A stretch of 54,212 nucleotides of DNA from an uncultured Candidatus Saccharibacteria bacterium (GTDB lineage: Bacteria; Patescibacteriota; Minisyncoccia; Phycocordibacterales; UBA9973), in contig CAZCNB010000005.1 of NCBI GenBank assembly GCA_964500465.1, forward strand, positions 1 to 54,212, written 5' to 3'. The notes beneath the pieces were generated by a model that saw nothing but the letters and a program-made list of their open reading frames with translations, did not search any database and was not told where the DNA came from. This document shows, in pieces, positions 50,471-54,212 of this stretch. Each line of letters begins with the position of its first letter. Positions within the stretch are counted from its first letter, which is position 1. The position numbers were made by a program, and so were the translations under genes.

Positions 50471-51976
50471 ATGAAAGAAAAGAAAGAGATAATAATAAAT
50501 TTTTTCAAAAATTATTATAAGAAAAAAAGATTTTGGGCAATAATTATAATTGTTGTCCTTTTCGCTTTCTTTTCTTTTAAACCTGCAAAACCACTTGTAA
50601 ATATAAGTTTAGAAACTGCTAAGTATGTAGATCTAAAACAAACAGTACTTGCAACAGGGCAAGTTACTTCAAATACAGATCTGAATTTATCCTTCAACAC
50701 TAGTGGTATTGTTAAGTCTTTAAAGGTAAAAGTAGGCGATGTTGTAAAAAAGGGTGATATCTTGGCAACAATTGACCAAAGTACAGCATTAGCATCTCTT
50801 ACCCAAGCACGAGGAGCATTACTTGCTGCTCAGGCAAAGTATAAAAAGTTAATAGAAGGTGGTGATGTTGCTCTTGCACAAGTAGTTCTTGATCAGACAA
50901 AAAAGACCCAAGATATACTTATTAAAAATGCTTACAATAAACTACTTAACTCTACTCCAGAAGCATTACCAAAAAATGGAACAAATGATTACAACCCTCC
51001 GACTATAAGTGGTACTTACAATCTAGGTAAAGAGGGTACTATAAATATTAAAATTTATGCATCTGGTAGTGATAGTAAATACAGTTTTAATCTCTCTGGT
51101 CTTGTAATTGGGAATGGTAATGTTACAACTCTAACTCCACAACCCCTCGGTAACTCTGGACTCTATATTAAATTCCCAACAACTGGAAATTTTGGTGATG
51201 TACCAGAGTGGGTAGTAACAGTACCAAACACTAAAGCACCAGATTATCTTTCTAATTACAATTCCTATCAATCTACTCTATCACAAGCTGAGTCTGCGAT
51301 AGAGCAAGCAACAAAAGACCTCGAACTTAAAAAGACTAGATCTCAAGGTTCTGATACTGATCTTGCTCGTGCAGATATAATTTCTGCACAAGGTCAGGTA
51401 GAATCAGCTCAGGCGAAATTTGAAGATACAATTCTTCGTGCACCTGCAGATGGAACTATAACAAGCGTAGATTTAAAGCTCGGTGAATTGTCTGAAGCTC
51501 AAAAACCAATAATAACTCTTCAAGATGTTTCCAATCTTTACGTAGAAGCAAAAATAAATGAATCTAGTATTGCAAATGTCAGACTAGGTCAACCTGTTAC
51601 TATGACTTTCGATGCTTTTGGTCCTTCTCAAAAATTTAATGGAACAGTAGTACATATAGATCCAGGTGCTACAACAACAGATGGAATTGTGAATTATAAA
51701 ATAAAATCGTCAATTACAAATCTTGATTCTGCAATACGAACAGGGATGAACGCGGACATATCTATTTTAACTGCAGAAAAACCCCACGTTATTGTAATTC
51801 CTAAAGCTGCTATTTTAACTCGTGATGGTAAAACCTATGTAAATCTTATAAAAGATAAAGACTCACAAGAATATGAAGAAAAGGAAATAAGAATCGGTTT
51901 AGTTGGGGATGGGAATAGAGTAGAAGTTATAACAGGCCTATCAGAAGATGAAACGATAGCTATTGTATCTAAATAA
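50471..51976 (+). CDS. HlyD/MacA-type periplasmic adaptor (membrane fusion) protein
   Basis: N-terminal TM, biotinyl/lipoyl-like hairpin (VKVGDVVKKGDILATID ... APADGTITSV), coiled-coil and beta-barrel domains. Confidence 0.75.
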   Translation: MKEKKEIIINFFKNYYKKKRFWAIIIIVVLFAFFSFKPAKPLVNISLETAKYVDLKQTVLATGQVTSNTDLNLSFNTSGIVKSLKVKVGDVVKKGDILATIDQSTALASLTQARGALLAAQAKYKKLIEGGDVALAQVVLDQTKKTQDILIKNAYNKLLNSTPEALPKNGTNDYNPPTISGTYNLGKEGTINIKIYASGSDSKYSFNLSGLVIGNGNVTTLTPQPLGNSGLYIKFPTTGNFGDVPEWVVTVPNTKAPDYLSNYNSYQSTLSQAESAIEQATKDLELKKTRSQGSDTDLARADIISAQGQVESAQAKFEDTILRAPADGTITSVDLKLGELSEAQKPIITLQDVSNLYVEAKINESSIANVRLGQPVTMTFDAFGPSQKFNGTVVHIDPGATTTDGIVNYKIKSSITNLDSAIRTGMNADISILTAEKPHVIVIPKAAILTRDGKTYVNLIKDKDSQEYEEKEIRIGLVGDGNRVEVITGLSEDETIAIVSK

Positions 51977-53253
51977 TGAAAGATATTATAAAAATGGAAG
52001 GTTCGTTCGTAAGGAACGTAAAAGTTGGGTGGTTTCTAGCCAAGAGGGATATTGAACGTGCAAATATCTGGACAACTGGACTCATCGTTATGGTTATGAC
52101 TCTAACTTTTTTAAATCTTATTGTTGTATCTGGAATATTAGTTGGACTTATACAAGGCTCTGAAGATGCTCAAAAAAAGTATTCTATTGGAGATGTTGTA
52201 ATATCACCATTTTTAAAAAGAGATGTTATTGAGCAGACTCCTGCTGTTGTTGATATAGTAAAAACTATTCCTGGGTACAAAAACCACACTGTTAGATATA
52301 CTGGTTCTGCTCGAGTGGAATCGAATTATAGAGAAACAGTTGCTCCTGGTGATAAGCGTGATGGTGCAGGTGGATCACTTCTTGGTATTGATCCAGAGCA
52401 GGAGGAGAAATTTTCTGGAATTTCTAAATTTGTAATTAGAGGTTCATACTTAACTTCTCTTGATCAAGATAGTGTCTTAATTGGTAAAAATCTTCTCTAT
52501 GAATTTACTCCAATTGAAGCTCCAGGATTTCAGACACTCAAAAATGTTTCAGTTGGATCTCGTATAAAAGTTACAGCTGGAGATTCTTCAAAAGAGTATT
52601 TTGTAAAAGGAATTATCAAAAGTAAAGTTGATGATTTTGATACTTCTATTGTTGCATTGGATTCCGAAGTACGTAAGTTAATGGGTAGAGATGACTTAAA
52701 CGCAGGAACAATAGCTATTCAATTACTTCCTGGAACCGATCCAGTACAAGTAAAGAATTTTCTTACAGCATCAGGAGTAGGAGAATACGCTCGTATACAA
52801 ACTGCCGAAGAAGCATTTCCAAAATTCTTAAAAGATATTAAGGCAACCTTTGCAATACTAGGATCTGTTATTTCAGGGATAGGTCTTGTTGTTGCTTCTA
52901 TCACAATATTCATTGTTATTTTCGTTAACGCAATAACCCGCAGACGTTTTATCGGAATACTAAAAGGTATTGGAATAAATAAAAGAGCAATTCTATATTC
53001 GTACATGTATCAAGCTTTTATCTATGCTTCAGGTGGGATTATATTAGGCATGGTGCTAATATTTATTGTTATTAAACCGTATTTTACTACACATCCATTA
53101 GATTTTCCTTTTTCAGATGGAATACTTGTCGCTACACTAAGTGGAACTCTTTTGCGTGCAGGGATACTCCTAGCAGCTACAATAATAGCAGGATATATTC
53201 CAGCTCGAATTGTTATTAAACAAAACACACTAAGTGCAATACTTGGAAGATAA
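51976..53253 (+). CDS. ABC transporter permease, FtsX/MacB-type
   Basis: TM1, a large extracytoplasmic domain and three C-terminal TMs (FtsX domain). Its start overlaps the upstream stop (TAATG). Confidence 0.8.
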   Translation: MKDIIKMEGSFVRNVKVGWFLAKRDIERANIWTTGLIVMVMTLTFLNLIVVSGILVGLIQGSEDAQKKYSIGDVVISPFLKRDVIEQTPAVVDIVKTIPGYKNHTVRYTGSARVESNYRETVAPGDKRDGAGGSLLGIDPEQEEKFSGISKFVIRGSYLTSLDQDSVLIGKNLLYEFTPIEAPGFQTLKNVSVGSRIKVTAGDSSKEYFVKGIIKSKVDDFDTSIVALDSEVRKLMGRDDLNAGTIAIQLLPGTDPVQVKNFLTASGVGEYARIQTAEEAFPKFLKDIKATFAILGSVISGIGLVVASITIFIVIFVNAITRRRFIGILKGIGINKRAILYSYMYQAFIYASGGIILGMVLIFIVIKPYFTTHPLDFPFSDGILVATLSGTLLRAGILLAATIIAGYIPARIVIKQNTLSAILGR

Positions 53254-53256
53254 TAT

Positions 53257-53940
53257 ATGATAGAAGCAAAAAATCTTACAAAAATATTTCAAAGCGGAGA
53301 TCAAAAAATTGTTGCCCTCAATAAGATTTCTTTTACTGTACCTCAAGGACAATTTCTAACTATAACTGGTAAATCTGGTTCTGGTAAATCAACACTTCTT
53401 TATCAGCTTGGACTTCTCGATATACCAACCGAAGGAGGTGCTATCATTGACGGTAAAGATTTGGTAGTTGCAAGCGAAAGAGAACGTACACACACAAGAT
53501 TAAACGATCTAGGTTATATATTCCAAGATTACGCAATACTACCTTCACTCTCAGCACTAGAGAATACTATGCTACCATTACTAATGCAAGGGTATGATAC
53601 AAAACAAGCAACTAAAAAAGCCAAAGCAGCTTTAGATAAAGTAGGTCTCCTTGATCGTATGAATAATCTACCAAGCCAGCTCTCTGGTGGACAACAACAA
53701 CGTGTGTCTATTGCTCGTGCTATTGCACATGCACCAAAGGTTATTTTTGCGGATGAACCAACAGCTAACCTTGATTCAGAAACTTCTGAACAAGTTATAA
53801 AAACTTTTATTGATTTAAACAAAGAAGGGCAAACTATAATAATGGTTACTCATGAACCAGAATATGCAAAACTTGCTCATAGAACTATAACCATGGCTGA
53901 CGGGGTAATTGTGAGTGATGTAATGAATAAGCATAAATAA
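53257..53940 (+). CDS. ABC transporter ATP-binding protein (MacB/LolD-like)
   Basis: Walker [10 protein letters not shown], signature LSGGQQQR, Walker [10 protein letters not shown]-loop VTHE. Confidence 0.9.
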   Translation: MIEAKNLTKIFQSGDQKIVALNKISFTVPQGQFLTITGKSGSGKSTLLYQLGLLDIPTEGGAIIDGKDLVVASERERTHTRLNDLGYIFQDYAILPSLSALENTMLPLLMQGYDTKQATKKAKAALDKVGLLDRMNNLPSQLSGGQQQRVSIARAIAHAPKVIFADEPTANLDSETSEQVIKTFIDLNKEGQTIIMVTHEPEYAKLAHRTITMADGVIVSDVMNKHK

Positions 53941-53971
53941 AAAAGAACCCTGCGCACTTGTCGCCGGGTTC
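53941..53971 (-). terminator. Rho-independent terminator serving the minus-strand ORF at the window end
   Basis: The minus strand reads gaacccggcg-acaagtg-cgcagggttc followed by ttttttattt. Confidence 0.6.
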
Positions 53972-53993
53972 CCCACTTACGTTTTCCCAACTT

Positions 53994-54212
53994 TTATTTT
54001 TTGGGAATGTACCGGTTGCCTGTACCAAAAAGATTTTTGTTTGCCTGTACCCATTCTTCTACAATGGGTTCTGTTTGGGCAAGATGGTTGATATTAAGGA
54101 GTGATCTTATTTGTATTCCACCCCTCCTTTCTTCACCCTCGCCAGTTTTTATGCCAGCAAAAACGTTGGTTGACAAGTGCATCCTGTAGTCGAATACACA
54201 CATAACATTGAT
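53994..54212 (-). CDS. 3' end of an unidentified minus-strand gene that starts beyond the window
   Basis: The frame stays open to the window edge (..INVMCVFDYRMHLSTNVF...NRYIPKK*), and a terminator follows it on the minus strand. Composition differs from the neighbouring ABC genes. An overlapping plus-strand ORF makes this uncertain. Confidence 0.3.
   Translation of the reverse strand: MNVMCVFDYRMHLSTNVFAGIKTGEGEERRGGIQIRSLLNINHLAQTEPIVEEWVQANKNLFGTGNRYIPKK

Noticed and set aside
1-54212. Alternative genetic code (UGA recoding as in Gracilibacteria/Absconditabacteria)
   Set aside because: Conserved proteins such as fusA, nrdJ, pgk and recJ are full-length under the standard code. TGA is used as a genuine stop, for example at 26700-26702 and 30037-30039.
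1-54212. CRISPR arrays, IS elements, integrases, prophage or toxin-antitoxin/defence genes
   Set aside because: Reading the sequence, I saw no regularly spaced direct repeats. No ORF has transposase, integrase, recombinase or known defence-system motifs, and the compositional islets carry no mobility genes.

Overview
AT-rich, densely packed window, coded almost entirely on the plus strand. Gene content suggests a chromosome segment from a small-genome Patescibacteria/CPR-like bacterium; this is inference, I cannot run a taxonomic search. Supporting content: type IV pilus genes, ComEC, RecJ, a few glycolysis genes, a B12-dependent ribonucleotide reductase with B12-scavenging genes, tiny intergenic gaps and few Shine-Dalgarno sites.

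Housekeeping genes I recognise:
- Translation and RNA: rplS, rpmB, rpsL, rpsG, fusA, an RluA-type pseudouridine synthase, and four tRNAs (Arg-TCT, Val-TAC, Leu-GAG, His-GTG).
- Other: msrA, mscL, tpiA, pgk, recJ, rnhA, Fe/Mn SOD, an FKBP isomerase, an MsbA-like ABC exporter and a MacAB-like efflux triplet.

Type IV pilus genes sit in two blocks: a pilM-pilN fusion with a pilO-like gene at 1-3.5 kb, and pilB, pilC, three prepilin-like genes and a 586-aa PilX-like protein at 30-36 kb. ComEC is split into two genes.

Most interesting signals:
1. A family of four cysteine-rich (~37 Cys), ~570-600 aa, zinc-ribbon-bracketed cytoplasmic paralogs that I cannot assign to any characterised family. Three form a translationally coupled tandem array at 15.6-20.8 kb; the fourth lies at 28.3-30.0 kb.
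2. The 7.5 kb between them is a cobalamin island: class II RNR nrdJ, a small polytopic membrane protein, a compact cobalamin-riboswitch-like leader with terminator, a DUF4430 protein, a prenyltransferase-like alpha/alpha-toroid surface protein, a VKOR-type thioredoxin-like protein and DsbB.
3. A recurrent TGnTATAAT box lies 6-8 nt upstream of start codons, implying leaderless mRNAs.
4. Compositionally deviant single-gene islets encode secreted or lipoproteins. One lies between two tRNAs, one inside the str operon between rpsG and fusA, and one where tuf would normally follow fusA.

I saw no rRNA, CRISPR array, transposase or integrase.
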